Of a stretch of 64,000 nt of DNA, positions 31,680 through 42,400 are shown in pieces. The notes below the pieces were generated by a model. That model was not told the DNA's origin, searched no databases, and worked only from the letters and a program-made list of their open reading frames with translations. Position numbers and translations under genes: made by a program. This DNA is from Nitrosopumilus sp. (GTDB lineage Archaea > Thermoproteota > Nitrososphaeria > Nitrososphaerales > Nitrosopumilaceae), in contig CBDBLX010000002.1 in assembly GCA_965207445.1 (NCBI GenBank), positions 1,879,849 to 1,943,848 of the forward strand, read 5' to 3'. Numbering within the stretch: the stretch's first letter is position 1; the number at the start of each line of letters is the position of its first letter.

Positions 31680-32017
31680 TGCAAGAGAGGTTTCAGTATT
31701 TTCTTGAGGAGCACGATTCACACGGTGTTGTGATATGCGAAAAATTCAACGCAAAGATGAAAAGGAGGACTGAGCAAGTGATCCGACGATTGCAAACCAA
31801 TAACTTTCCAATTCCGACATCTTTACCTAGAATTGACCCACGCATACAAAATGGAGATCATACACAGCAACCAATTCTAAACCTTGCAGACTTCTTTGTG
31901 TATCTTCCATACACTTACAAGACAAGCGGTCAATACTCTCCATATTATGGATTGATTATGCACAAATACTTCAATCTAAAAGGCGATAGATTTCATACTG
32001 GTAAAGTAGAATTATAG
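31680..32017 (+). pseudogene. DUF3800-like protein, 3' remnant (5' part lost at the MITE)
   Basis: QERFQYFL...GVVICE...QPILNLADF pattern; the ORF-track ATG is created by the MITE junction. Confidence 0.6.
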
Positions 32018-32076
32018 TGCGATTCCTAGGTTCACACGAGGCTTCCCGTAGCATGCATTGCAATGCGGAACCGCAC
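32017..32076 (+). ncRNA. Candidate structured RNA immediately downstream of the DUF3800-like gene
   Basis: Closing stem GTGCGaTTCC / GGAAcCGCAC enclosing smaller potential hairpins; GC-rich in AT-rich context. Confidence 0.4.
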
Positions 32077-32484
32077 AAGTATTATGTGCCTATATTATAA
32101 AAATCTTAGGTAATACGTAACTATTTGGACCTTGAAAAAGTACATATTAATAAATAATTTCACGCCTAGGTAGTGCCTAACAATCATCCAAAAATCTTAG
32201 CAAATAATTTGACAAAAAGCAAGGCATTTTTTGTCAAGAAAAGATGGGCAAAAAGATGAGTTTGCCCAAAATAAAATCATAGGCCACTAAATCACCTGAG
32301 TTCTAGATATCGATGTAAGTGATGTAAATACAAGTTTGGTGATTTTACAAACGCCTACCTTGGACAACTTCGCATACCACTGGATACAGTTTTACATCTT
32401 GTATATCTGTTTGTTCTTGGAGTTCCTGCATACCAAATAAGATTCTATGAAGATGTTAGTCTTCGTATCATTGAGCAAACATTC

Positions 32485-33056
32485 ATGTTATTCAGACAGG
32501 CCATATATGACACATCTCCAAAACTCATCTTTGATGTCAAAGTAGAATTGGATGAGACAATGTTTGGAGGTCATCAAAAAGGAAAATGTGTCCGGAGAGC
32601 TGCAGGAAAAACACTCGTCTTTGGTATACATTCTAGAAATGGAGAAATTTGTACATTTATCGTGCCTAATTGAAAGCAAAAAACACTCAGACCCATAATT
32701 GAAAAGCATACTATGTCAGGGTCATTGTACTATACAGATGAACATACTGCATACGGCACACTTGATGAGCTCGGTACAAATCAAGTGGTGATTCATAGTA
32801 AGGATAAATATGTTAGAGATGATGTACACATAAACAGTATTGAAGGTTTTTGGAGTTTTGCCAAAAAAATTTGTATGCATACCATGATGTACCAAAACCA
32901 TATTTCCCATTATATCGCAAGTATATTGAGTTTAGATACAACCACAGAGACGAAAATTTGTTTGAGTTCTTGACAGATATTCTGGTTAAAGATATTTCAA
33001 AGATAGAGTCAAGTATTCAAGTCATTCCCGACCCATTACATAAAAAGATCATTTAA
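32485..33056 (+). pseudogene. IS1595 (ISXO2-like) transposase, fragmented
   Basis: VELDETMFGG, YTDE..AY and HINSIEGFWS motifs; in-frame stop and a frameshift. Confidence 0.88.
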
Positions 33057-33393
33057 TGTGTAATTAAGTGTTCAAATTATCCAAAAAATCAGGTCCAGAT
33101 AGTTACGTATTACGGTTCTCTTGCAAACGCGGTTGATCGGTGTTTATATGAACTTTTTATCTGAATTTGGTATTTGAGGTTGAAAAAGTGTACGTTTTTA
33201 GTACTTTTTTGTATGACTATGACGATAGTTTGGAATAAGGATAGTTAGAGTCAGTATCAAAAAGACAAACGAGAGTGGTTCATCTTGAAGAAATTAGATT
33301 GTACACCAAAAATGATAGTTTGATTTGGCATCAAAACACAAACAGATGTAGAGTGTTTGTGTATATGATGTGTAATGTACAGAGTCTGGCAAT

Positions 33394-34671
33394 TCAGGCA
33401 GAGGCACGTATGGATGCGTTTTGAATGAACGTTATCCAAGCATCACAACTATCTGCAAGATCAGAGTCTTTTACTGGTATAATGTCAATTCCAATTGCCT
33501 TGGCAGGCGTCATGTTGTTTTTGAGGCTTGTGTGTTTTCTAAAAAAGTTATGATATACTATGATCAGACGTAAGAGTCCGGGGTCCTCTGATTTTAGTCC
33601 ACGTACACACTTGAGTCTATCCTCAAATTCTCCATTGAGTCGTTCGTAGACGTTATTTTGATTAAAAAGATTCTGTATGTGTATCTCACGTATGTGTACA
33701 AACACCGATCCCGCCCGCCTAAAGAATACTTTTCTGGCAGGCTTTATGAACTCCTGCAGTCCGTCACTTACAAGTATGCGTGGTAGCCTACGCGTACGGG
33801 CAGCAGCCATTTGAAACAGGTTAGTGGGATCAGATCCCTTTTTCTTCTTGAGGATCTCGTGGGATAAAACAAATCGGCTTGCGCCATCCATTACACCAAA
33901 CAAATATCTGGTCTGTTTACGTATTTTAAATTCTAGTTCGTCGACATGCCACTGAAACCATGCATCAAGACACAACAAACTTGAGAACCGTAGCATGATT
34001 CGCGAATACTCATCAGTCCACCTATGTATTGTAGATGGGTTTATGATGATCTCATCCATTGCAAGCTGCGCACATACTTCTTCTGGAGACATTTTAGTTG
34101 CCATCATGGACAACGCTTTTGCTATTACGGATGCATCAAAATGCCGCCCCTTGAACCCTTCCATTCCAGAGAATGTACGGCCACATTTTTTGCACATGTA
34201 TCGCCTCACAGATCTTTTTCTCTTACACTTGCGCTCTCCCCATCCTACCACATCTTTGGATCTGCATTTTGGATACTGACATCTCAATTTTTTGCGCCTA
34301 ATCTGTATCCTTTTTCTACGCCCACACCACCACTCTTTGTCTAAGATCTTGTATACCCCCACCACATGCTTGCATATCTTTTTTCCATTTTGATTGGCCT
34401 CACACTGACATCTCATTCCAAGTGAACTAAGCGACACCACATACAATAGACCTTGCACAGTTTGCGATGCGACTGTCCATTTAATCGAGCTCAGTGTAGT
34501 TATGGCACCTGCAATGCATGCAATCTGAATGCCTGCTTTCTTAATTGCATCAATCTGAGCCTTGGAGCGCCTCTGCTTGCCAGGCTTTGGGTTGTCATTT
34601 TCCAATGTTTTTGATCTTGATTGAGTAGTTTCGCCTACCGCCTTTTCTTCCTGAACTGTTTTTTGTTTCAT
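33394..34671 (-). CDS. IS6-family DDE transposase with SWIM-like and Zn-ribbon domains
   Basis: CQC...CKH, C..C...CKKC, WHVDE, LVSDG and NNVYERLNG motifs; start set at ATG 34671. Confidence 0.9.
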   Translation of the reverse strand: MKQKTVQEEKAVGETTQSRSKTLENDNPKPGKQRRSKAQIDAIKKAGIQIACIAGAITTLSSIKWTVASQTVQGLLYVVSLSSLGMRCQCEANQNGKKICKHVVGVYKILDKEWWCGRRKRIQIRRKKLRCQYPKCRSKDVVGWGERKCKRKRSVRRYMCKKCGRTFSGMEGFKGRHFDASVIAKALSMMATKMSPEEVCAQLAMDEIIINPSTIHRWTDEYSRIMLRFSSLLCLDAWFQWHVDELEFKIRKQTRYLFGVMDGASRFVLSHEILKKKKGSDPTNLFQMAAARTRRLPRILVSDGLQEFIKPARKVFFRRAGSVFVHIREIHIQNLFNQNNVYERLNGEFEDRLKCVRGLKSEDPGLLRLIIVYHNFFRKHTSLKNNMTPAKAIGIDIIPVKDSDLADSCDAWITFIQNASIRASA

Positions 34672-34758
34672 TATACATATATCACCAATTGGATATATAA
34701 GCATTCGTGCGCAATCCGATGTCAGTGACGTTATAACATTGTACTGAGAACAACAAAC

Positions 34759-34932
34759 ATGACTAAATGGGCTGCCAATGCCACTGAATTCCAAGTATCC
34801 ATAACCCACAACGTGAAAAGGGGTACTAGTTACTCGTACATTCCAAAGCCGGTCCTTGCCAAACTTGGTAACCCAGAGGGTTTGAAGTTTATCATACGTG
34901 GCGACAAAATACTAGTTACGTGTCCGGATTGA
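34759..34932 (+). CDS. 57-aa AbrB/MazE-like small protein carried inside the IS6 element
   Basis: Manual translation: MTKWAANATEFQVSITHNVKRGTSYSYIPKPVLAKLGNPEGLKFIIRGDKILVTCPD. Confidence 0.65.
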   Translation: MTKWAANATEFQVSITHNVKRGTSYSYIPKPVLAKLGNPEGLKFIIRGDKILVTCPD

Positions 34933-35012
34933 CTGCAACGGTTCAAATCTGTATTAATTGCCACCAACCGCGTTTGCAGGAGAACCCGTATTACCAAATC
35001 TTATTTAACCGG

Positions 35013-36785
35013 GTAGCGTGTTGCATAACTCGTAAATTTATACTCCTCTGGGGCCGTGGCCATGTGGTCTGAGCCGCGCAACCTACGTTACACGATTCGA
35101 AGCCACTCAAATGCTCTGTAAACTGGACAGGAAGACTGTCTGCCTCAAGCTACGATGCCAGCGGGTGTGTCAAGTCACGCCTACAACAAGCCATAAGCAG
35201 GCCGTGCTTCCAAGCCTACAAAGTGTACGCGCAAAACATGGCGTGGTAGACGCCTTGGTATTTTGTTAGTACATACACACATCTCCATATTTTTATTTAA
35301 TCTATACAATGTCCCATTATACAGCAGTGTAGATGTGCAAATAGGTTAAATACGCATGACGTGAGATCTCATCGATCACAGAAATGATGAGATCAAAACA
35401 TCAGCAATGCAATATTGTAAAGGATAAATTTAACACTACTTGTGTCCCGCGCACGCAGACCAGAGGTGAGGTTGTATCATGAACAAAAGTGCAGAGCAGG
35501 TAGACAAAACCACCAGGCAGCGAAAACCAGACAAGCGATCATCATACGAATACAGTGACAAGTATGTCAAACGTTCACACCATCTGTTTGATATGATAGC
35601 AAACCTACTTGAAAACTGTAATGATCCAGAGGAGCTAGCTGCCATGAACCGCAACAAGCAAGGGCGTCCATTCGTGTACACACGCAGCCTAATAGCAATT
35701 GTATCGCGTGTACGTGATATAATACGACTACCATACAGATCATGTGAGGGTATGTGTGAGGCGGCTATGAAGGAGGGATATCCAGATTTCACCACACTGT
35801 TTAGACGAATTAATACACAAAATGTATCTATAAAGGACAGCCTCTCAAAGACTACTTGTGAGAACTTTTCAATCAATATGATACCTGATGGTACTGGGCT
35901 GACACCTTTTACACGCAGTGAGTACATCCGTATCGTACACAAGGTGCGACGCGGATTTATCCGACTAGTCATAATGATTAATAGAGACACCCAAGAGATT
36001 CTGTCATTTAGCATCACAGACAGTTCAACAGGTGAGCAGCCCGTATTCAAGGGACTTTTAGAAGACGCCCTCAGAAATATGGATATTGAACCTGGCGCGC
36101 GACGCAGACAGGTCAAAGAGCAAAAAAATCACAAGAGCAAGACATATCCTAAAATTACTATGACTGCTGATGGTGGTTTTGATACAAGAAAGATATTCTC
36201 AATGTGTAGAGAATTAGACATTACGCCAAACATTAGAGTTCAGACAAACTCAAATACCAAAGCTCGTGGCGTTGACCGCGCTAGATCCAATGTGGTACTC
36301 GAGCAGCTCGGGGGCCCAGATGCAACACCAATGAAATTTGCATCACTTCCAGAATCCGAACGTGAGGCAAACCGCAAAGAGTGGAAAAAACAAGTAGATT
36401 ATGGACTACGGTTAGCTTGTTGAGATTGTGATATCTGCATTCAAGAGAACATACGGTGGTGCGGTCATGGCAAGAAAGATGGAGAATATCTGCCAAGAGA
36501 TCAAATTAAAGATCCGCACCTATAATACAATGCTGCGAATTGGCCAAAAGGAGGCGACATCATAATTCTAACACCATAAACATAAACAACTATTTGTGCA
36601 CATAATTACGCACTAGATGCAAATAGAGTCCTAGTGCCGGATCAACATGCTTGGTTTTTGAAGATGTAAGGCTTCAAATCCGGTCATTGTGGCTTGCGCT
36701 CTTACACGTGTCACTGCAAGCCTGCTGAATCATATTGTAACGGTGTCATCCTATAGGATGCGCATTGAGTTATGCAACACGCTAC
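35013..36785 (+). mobile_element. IS5-family insertion sequence
   Basis: Perfect 19-bp TIR GTAGCGTGTTGCATAACTC / GAGTTATGCAACACGCTAC; no TSD seen. Confidence 0.85.
35479..36565 (+). pseudogene. IS5-family transposase, frameshifted near 36412
   Basis: GRPFVY, LPYR..EG, PDFTTLFRR, PDGTG and ADGGFDT motifs; catalytic R(W)LVE.VISAFKR continues in the +1 frame to TAA 36565. Confidence 0.85.
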
Positions 36786-36951
36786 ATTGACCTTGCGATC
36801 TGATCTAGAGTACCAGTACACGTAGTGTGTGGGCAGATAATCAAGTCAAAGCCGCATCTGTGCTACTCTGGGTGGGAGGGTGATTGGAGGGGGTTGAACG
36901 GTTACTATACTGAGCACAAAGTGATTAATATGCTTCATTTTTTTACTCACC

Positions 36952-37653
36952 TTGTTGTACAAGAAGGTGCTGCCATCAGCCGTATTGGCATTCTTGATAC
37001 TTGTGCTTGGCGTGTCACTTGCTCTCATGGAACACACGCTGGAAGCCCAGACTGCCTTTGCCCAGAACCGGACGAATTCTACGGAGATCTGTCCGTACGC
37101 ACATGTCATGATGGACGGTTCCTGCAAGCTGGATGAAGTAAGAAAGTACAAGATTGCCACCATTTTGTTGAATATGTACGACGAGTATGAAACATCCTTA
37201 AGATATGAGGCGTCTAAGGATGGAACTTCTGGCGCTACGGGTTCAAGCGCATCCACAGGCGAATCCGGCGAGCAGTTGGTGTCAATTGTAGTTGCCTTTG
37301 AGGACTATGACTGTAATCTGCCCGAGGACCTTGGCATTGTGGACAAAGGCCCTTGCTCCACGCACTATGAAAGGGCTAAGATAGGGGTGCTCATCCCTGT
37401 ATCTAGACTGTACGACGTAGCCTCCCTTGATCACGTGACCGGAATTTACCCCGAGGCCGATACCGTACAATTGTTTGAATCGCCTGTAGATGCTTACCAC
37501 GACCCCCCCGTAAACGATCTTGGCGTTGAAGGGCAGCCACGCACGTTAGCGTATGAAGACGGTCCCATTCACATTATTCTAGTAGGCGTTGTTGCAGTAG
37601 CGGTGGCAACTGTGATACTGAGCATCAAAAAAAGAGGTCGAATTGAAGCTTAG
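36952..37653 (+). CDS. Exported, C-terminally anchored protein, paralog of 29376-30083
   Basis: Same architecture and shared motifs. Confidence 0.75.
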   Translation: MLYKKVLPSAVLAFLILVLGVSLALMEHTLEAQTAFAQNRTNSTEICPYAHVMMDGSCKLDEVRKYKIATILLNMYDEYETSLRYEASKDGTSGATGSSASTGESGEQLVSIVVAFEDYDCNLPEDLGIVDKGPCSTHYERAKIGVLIPVSRLYDVASLDHVTGIYPEADTVQLFESPVDAYHDPPVNDLGVEGQPRTLAYEDGPIHIILVGVVAVAVATVILSIKKRGRIEA

Positions 37654-37894
37654 GACTTTATTTGCAACAATGGCCATGGTTTCGACACTGGTGGCTGCTG
37701 GCAGCTATGCGTACGCGGATCATATAATGAGTCAAGTGGAAGAGACAAAGAATCACAGGCTACACTGTCACATGCGTCTGACCAAAAACAGAAAGCGGTT
37801 TGGTAAAATACTATCAATTGCATGGAATATCAACGTCCTGAACAGATTTATCTGCGCTCATGAAAAAGGACAAAAGATTCCACCATACAAATGA
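37643..37894 (+). pseudogene. Signal-peptide stub (...GSYAYADHIMSQ) joined to unrelated, possibly transposase-derived 3' sequence
   Basis: First ~31 aa homologous to the 30073 stub; remainder basic, with ILSIAWNINVLNR resembling a transposase C-terminus. Confidence 0.5.
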
Positions 37895-37982
37895 TAGTGA
37901 CTGCCATCACACTTGCACATTTTATGGTCTATAATCTATGTCTGCCAAAACAACACACATGTATATTCAAAAACGAAACGCA

Positions 37983-38092
37983 TAATAGTTTCATTAAAGA
38001 TCCGATAGTTTTCTAATATTTTGTATTCATAATATGTGCTTAACTTCGAGATGAATATCAATCAAAATATCGGATCTTTAATCATATCAGTA
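37983..38092 (+). mobile_element. 110-bp MITE, family A copy 3, with intact 4-bp TSD
   Basis: CGCA at 37979-37982 and 38093-38096. Confidence 0.93.
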
Positions 38093-38386
38093 CGCACTAT
38101 AGATAGATTTCAGTCTTCTTCAGATTGAATGTGCAATAAACCGAGTAAGTTCACAGAAGGGTCACAGGCAGGCTAATGTCAATTACGCACCAACCTCCAA
38201 CACATTAACACTCAAAATAGACAAGTCAGTGTATGTTGCATATGTTTGTATTATTTAGTGCATCACAAGTTTGTCACACTGTACTTTAAGTTGCGTCTAT
38301 CAAACTCACACCACATATTCATATGAATTGTCAATTAGCTTGAAAAAGAGTAAGAATGACGTGGTGCATAAATGTGAGATAATTAA

Positions 38387-38995
38387 TTGTATAATATGAA
38401 ATCTAAACATCCAACATCAGCAGAATCATCAGCATCGCACCACCTGCTTCCATTCTCTTCCATACCATCACCACCTACAGAGAAACCAGGTACAAAATAT
38501 ACACATACCACACCATCTCTATCTGCTTACCTTCAAGGATTGAGAAGAGATCGTGTTGAAGATCACATCGTGTGGATGTATCCTGAGGGTGTGGACTTGC
38601 AGTCTGCGCTCAAGAATCTGCACGCAGGCAAATGTTGGTGTGGTCGAGACCCTGTCACTACACGTAATTGGACTGACAACGGTTGGGCGTGTTCACAAGA
38701 GCATCAGCGTATATGGTGGAAACAGTTTGAGTTCTGGCACGATGTACGTTTGCGTGTGCTAGATAGAGATGGGTGGACGTGCTGTATGTGCAGTGTGGCT
38801 TTAAGCAAGCAAGCCCAAGTTGACCATATCAAATCAATAACGGATGGTGGAGATATGTGGGATCAAAATAACATGCAGTCGCTGTGTGTACAATGCCATG
38901 AGGCAAAGACACTAGCAGACCACAAGCGACGCGCATCCATCGAGCGTCAAAGACGCGCAGAGGAGATGTGTAAACTTGACCAGTATGACACATAG
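38387..38995 (+). CDS. HNH endonuclease with N-terminal Cys/His cluster
   Basis: RVLDRDGWTCCMC...VDHIKSITDGG...NNMQSLCVQCH; CWCG...CSQEH. Confidence 0.88.
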   Translation: MYNMKSKHPTSAESSASHHLLPFSSIPSPPTEKPGTKYTHTTPSLSAYLQGLRRDRVEDHIVWMYPEGVDLQSALKNLHAGKCWCGRDPVTTRNWTDNGWACSQEHQRIWWKQFEFWHDVRLRVLDRDGWTCCMCSVALSKQAQVDHIKSITDGGDMWDQNNMQSLCVQCHEAKTLADHKRRASIERQRRAEEMCKLDQYDT

Positions 38996-39088
38996 TGTTG
39001 CAAAAAAAAGATAGTAGAAACTGCATTTTCTTCAATCAAAGAGTGATTCACAAGTGCACGCGCAAAAGATTGAGTCATATTACATGTA

Positions 39089-39170
39089 GAAACTGTTTAA
39101 TCCATGGTGCCTGCGCTAGACGTTAGTCGGTGAATCTGTGCTTAAATTTGAGAATGGGTTGAACGGTTAC
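39089..39170 (-). mobile_element. ~82-bp MITE, family B copy
   Basis: Reverse-complement similarity to 28203-28284; ends in GTTGAACGGTTAC. Confidence 0.7.
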
Positions 39171-39461
39171 TTGTAAGTATATATATAAATATATATATAA
39201 GTATATGCGCAAGTACATGTACAGTCACCTATGCAAGTATCTAACAACTGCGCTTAAGACACACAAAGTTGATTTGTATCACCAGTAGATTGCGCACAAT
39301 TGCATTACACAAAACCATTCACATCAAAAATAGTATTTGTGTAAACTATATTCATCATACTTGCAAATATATATAAATAATCATATTTTGAATAGATTAT
39401 ATAATTATTAACCAAATATCACACATAATTATCACTTTTTGCATTTGCAGACTTGGCAAAA

Positions 39462-42400
39462 CTAACGGCACACTCGCGCACCAGGCACAACCTCACTGCG
39501 TACATCAGATGTATAATATCCTGTTCCAAATATCAATCCATCATATAGTATCAACCATGTCCGCTTTGACTCTATCTGATCTGTTACAGGTGATGTGTGA
39601 TTGTAATCTACCCACACCCCAGACCCAAGGCGCAATCTATCCAACAGTTCTTGTTTTGATAACACAGTAGTGATAGCACTCCAATCAGTAATCTCATTTA
39701 CATCGGCAAGTGTTACACCTTGTGCCAGCGTCTCATCTGAAATAGAGTTTACAATAAAAGAGTACCTCTTGTTTGCACTATCCAAAATCATACTTGCAGA
39801 TGAAATAGCAGCCTCTCTTCCCTCACGACCATACTCTAGTACTAAATTATGTGTGGCCGATTGTGCCTCTGCCTCTAAGATGTAATAACCAGAACCAAAT
39901 ATCAATTCGTCATTATGAATCTGTAAAAATGACCGCTTTAACTGCTCTACACCAGTGGCCGGATTGTGAAAGATATACGAGACCCACAAAGACCCCTTTT
40001 GATTTAACTCCAATATAACATCAGCCGGTGACCTATATGAGGTGTCAAGTATGGTCTCAGGCTGTCCTACCCTTGCAGGTACGACACCATCTGCCACTCT
40101 AGTCCAACTACTAGCATTGATGACAAACGGATACAATGCATCAGTTGTGAGTTGTTGGTCTGGTGTAATGATATCACGCCACGTGCCAGGATTTGATTCA
40201 TAAACCTCGATTGCTTCTCGGACCTCAAATATTACATCTGTTTCTAGTATGTCAGTTGAATAGTATCCTGCGCCAAATATCAGATCGTCGTGTAATACTA
40301 GCCACGAGTGTTTTAACTCCAAGTTGCCAGTTGCAGGTGATATATGCTCATAACTTGTCCACAGTCCACTTCCCAGACTCAGTTTATCTATTAGGATCTC
40401 TGATTCAGCATGCGTGTCTGTTATCGAATCCCAGTCATATGTATAGTTTAGAAAATAAGAGTTTACACCCTGAGCCAGTGTCTGTCCAGTAATGGTGTCA
40501 ACTATAAAAGTATATTTTGTATTTGGTGCATTATAATCAAATGTGTTGACAGAATTGATTGCATATCTCTTACCATCGCGCTCGTACTCTAGCACCACAT
40601 TGTGTGCCATTGACTGCACCATTGAATCAAGTACATAATAGCCAGAACCAAACACCAGACCATCATGCAGGCGCAAAAATGACCGCTTTAGCTGCTCTAC
40701 ACCAGTGGCCGGATTGTGAAATATGTACGAGACCCACACTGAGCCTTTTTGCTCCAACTCTTCCAAGACATCATCAACTGTTCTCTTTGATGTATCCAAT
40801 ATGGTCTCAGGCTGTCCTACCCTGGCAGGTACGACACCATCTGCCACTCTAGTCCAACTACTAGCATTAATGACAAACGGATACAGTGCATCAGTCATAA
40901 TTGACTCATCAGGTGTGATGATATCAACCCACGATGAGGTACCGTTTTCTTTATTATTCTCATAAATCTCAATTGTGTTTTGCACTATAAACATCGAATC
41001 AGTTGCAGGTATGTCATGTGAATAGTATCCAGTACCTAGTATGGTCTCATCATGTAGCACTAACCACGAGTGTTTTAACTCTAATTCACCTGTAATCGGT
41101 GACACATGTTTGTAACTTACCCATGTTCCTGTTCCACGACTCAGTATATTTAATAGATCTTGTTTTTCATATTCCATTATTATAGAGTTCCAATCGTATT
41201 TTGCATTATTGATGCCTGTCATAAAATCAACACCTTGCGCCAATGTAGTGTCAGTTGCAGGGTCAGCTGCAAACGAATACGTAGAGATTGGCATCTGCAA
41301 CGTTTGGTTTATCGATGATAATGCAGAGTCTCGGCCATCTCTGTCATATTCAATTATAATGCTGTGTGTATCTGACTGTATCTGCGAGTCAAGTATGTAA
41401 TAGCCAGAACCAAACACAAGTCCGTCGCGTAGTACAAGATATGTGCGTTTTAACTGCTCAACACCAGTGGCCGGATTGTGAAATATGTACGTCACCCACA
41501 CTGAGTCTTTTTGCTCCAACTCTTCCAAGACATCCTCAACTGATCTTGATGAGGTGTCAAGTATGGTCTCAGGCTGTCCTACCCTGGCAGGTACGACACC
41601 ATCTGCCACTCTAGTCCAACTACTAGCATTAATGACAAACGGATAATATGCATCACTAGTGATTGGTTTATCAGGTGTAATGATGTCAATCCAAGCATCA
41701 TCTTCAATATTATCATAATAGATGTTTATTGCATTGTACACAGCATATCGCGTGTCATATGCTGCTATATCCGATGCATAGTATCCCGTACCAAATATAA
41801 TGCCATTGTGTAAGGTAAGCCATGCACGTTTGACTTCATATTCGCCTGTAATGGGATTCTTGTGCATGTAATTTATCCACATTCCAAGATCATCTCTTAA
41901 TGTCTCATGTATTACATCAGGTGACACTACATCTGTAATTGCATCCCAATCATATACGTGATCTATCAGTGCAGGGTCGACTCGTTGCGCCAAGGTCATG
42001 TTTGTTTGTGCATCAACTGCAAACACATATGTGGTGTATGGACGACTAGGCACACCGTCTAAAAAGTCAATTACAGAATCTCGTCCAAAGTAGTCTAACC
42101 ATATGACATAAGCATGTGACACGGCCTGTACATGAGTGTCAAATATGTAAAAACCAGATCCAAAGACAAGTCCATCTTTGAGTTGCAGATATGTGCGTTT
42201 TAACTGCTCTACTCCCGTAGCAGGGTTTTGAAACTTGTACGAGACCCACACACCGCCGGTCTCTCTGAGATCATCTAGCACCTCATCGACTGTTCTGCTT
42301 GATGTATCTAAGATTCTCTCAGGCTGTCCTACGCGGGCAGGTATCACGCCATCAGCTAGTCGAGTCCAACTATCAGCATCAATAACAAACGGATACAGAT

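Larger units (their letters stand above)
33114..34986 (-). mobile_element. IS6-family insertion sequence
   Basis: TIR GGTTCTCTTGCAAACGCGGTTG / CAACCGCGTTTGCAGGAGAACC; 8-bp TSD CGTATTAC (33106-33113, 34987-34994). Confidence 0.92.
32109..34995 (+). mobile_element. IS1595-family element (decayed) with an IS6 nested in its right TIR
   Basis: TIR GGTAATACGTAACTATTTGGACCT / AGGTCCAGATAGTTACGTATTAC|C; 8-bp TSD AAATCTTA at 32101-32108 and 34996-35003. Confidence 0.85.

Noticed and set aside
31679..31681. ATG start of the 112-aa ORF
   Set aside because: Its A is the last base of the MITE; it is a junction artefact of a truncated gene
34672..34809. N-terminal 46 aa of the 471-aa transposase ORF
   Set aside because: Overlaps the divergent small gene and spacer; ATG 34671 is the more plausible start
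39890..41650. Diversity-generating retroelement TR/VR pair in the Cache repeats or in the 10830/11450 duplicate
   Set aside because: No reverse transcriptase in the window; differences are not adenine-specific; the copies are coding domains
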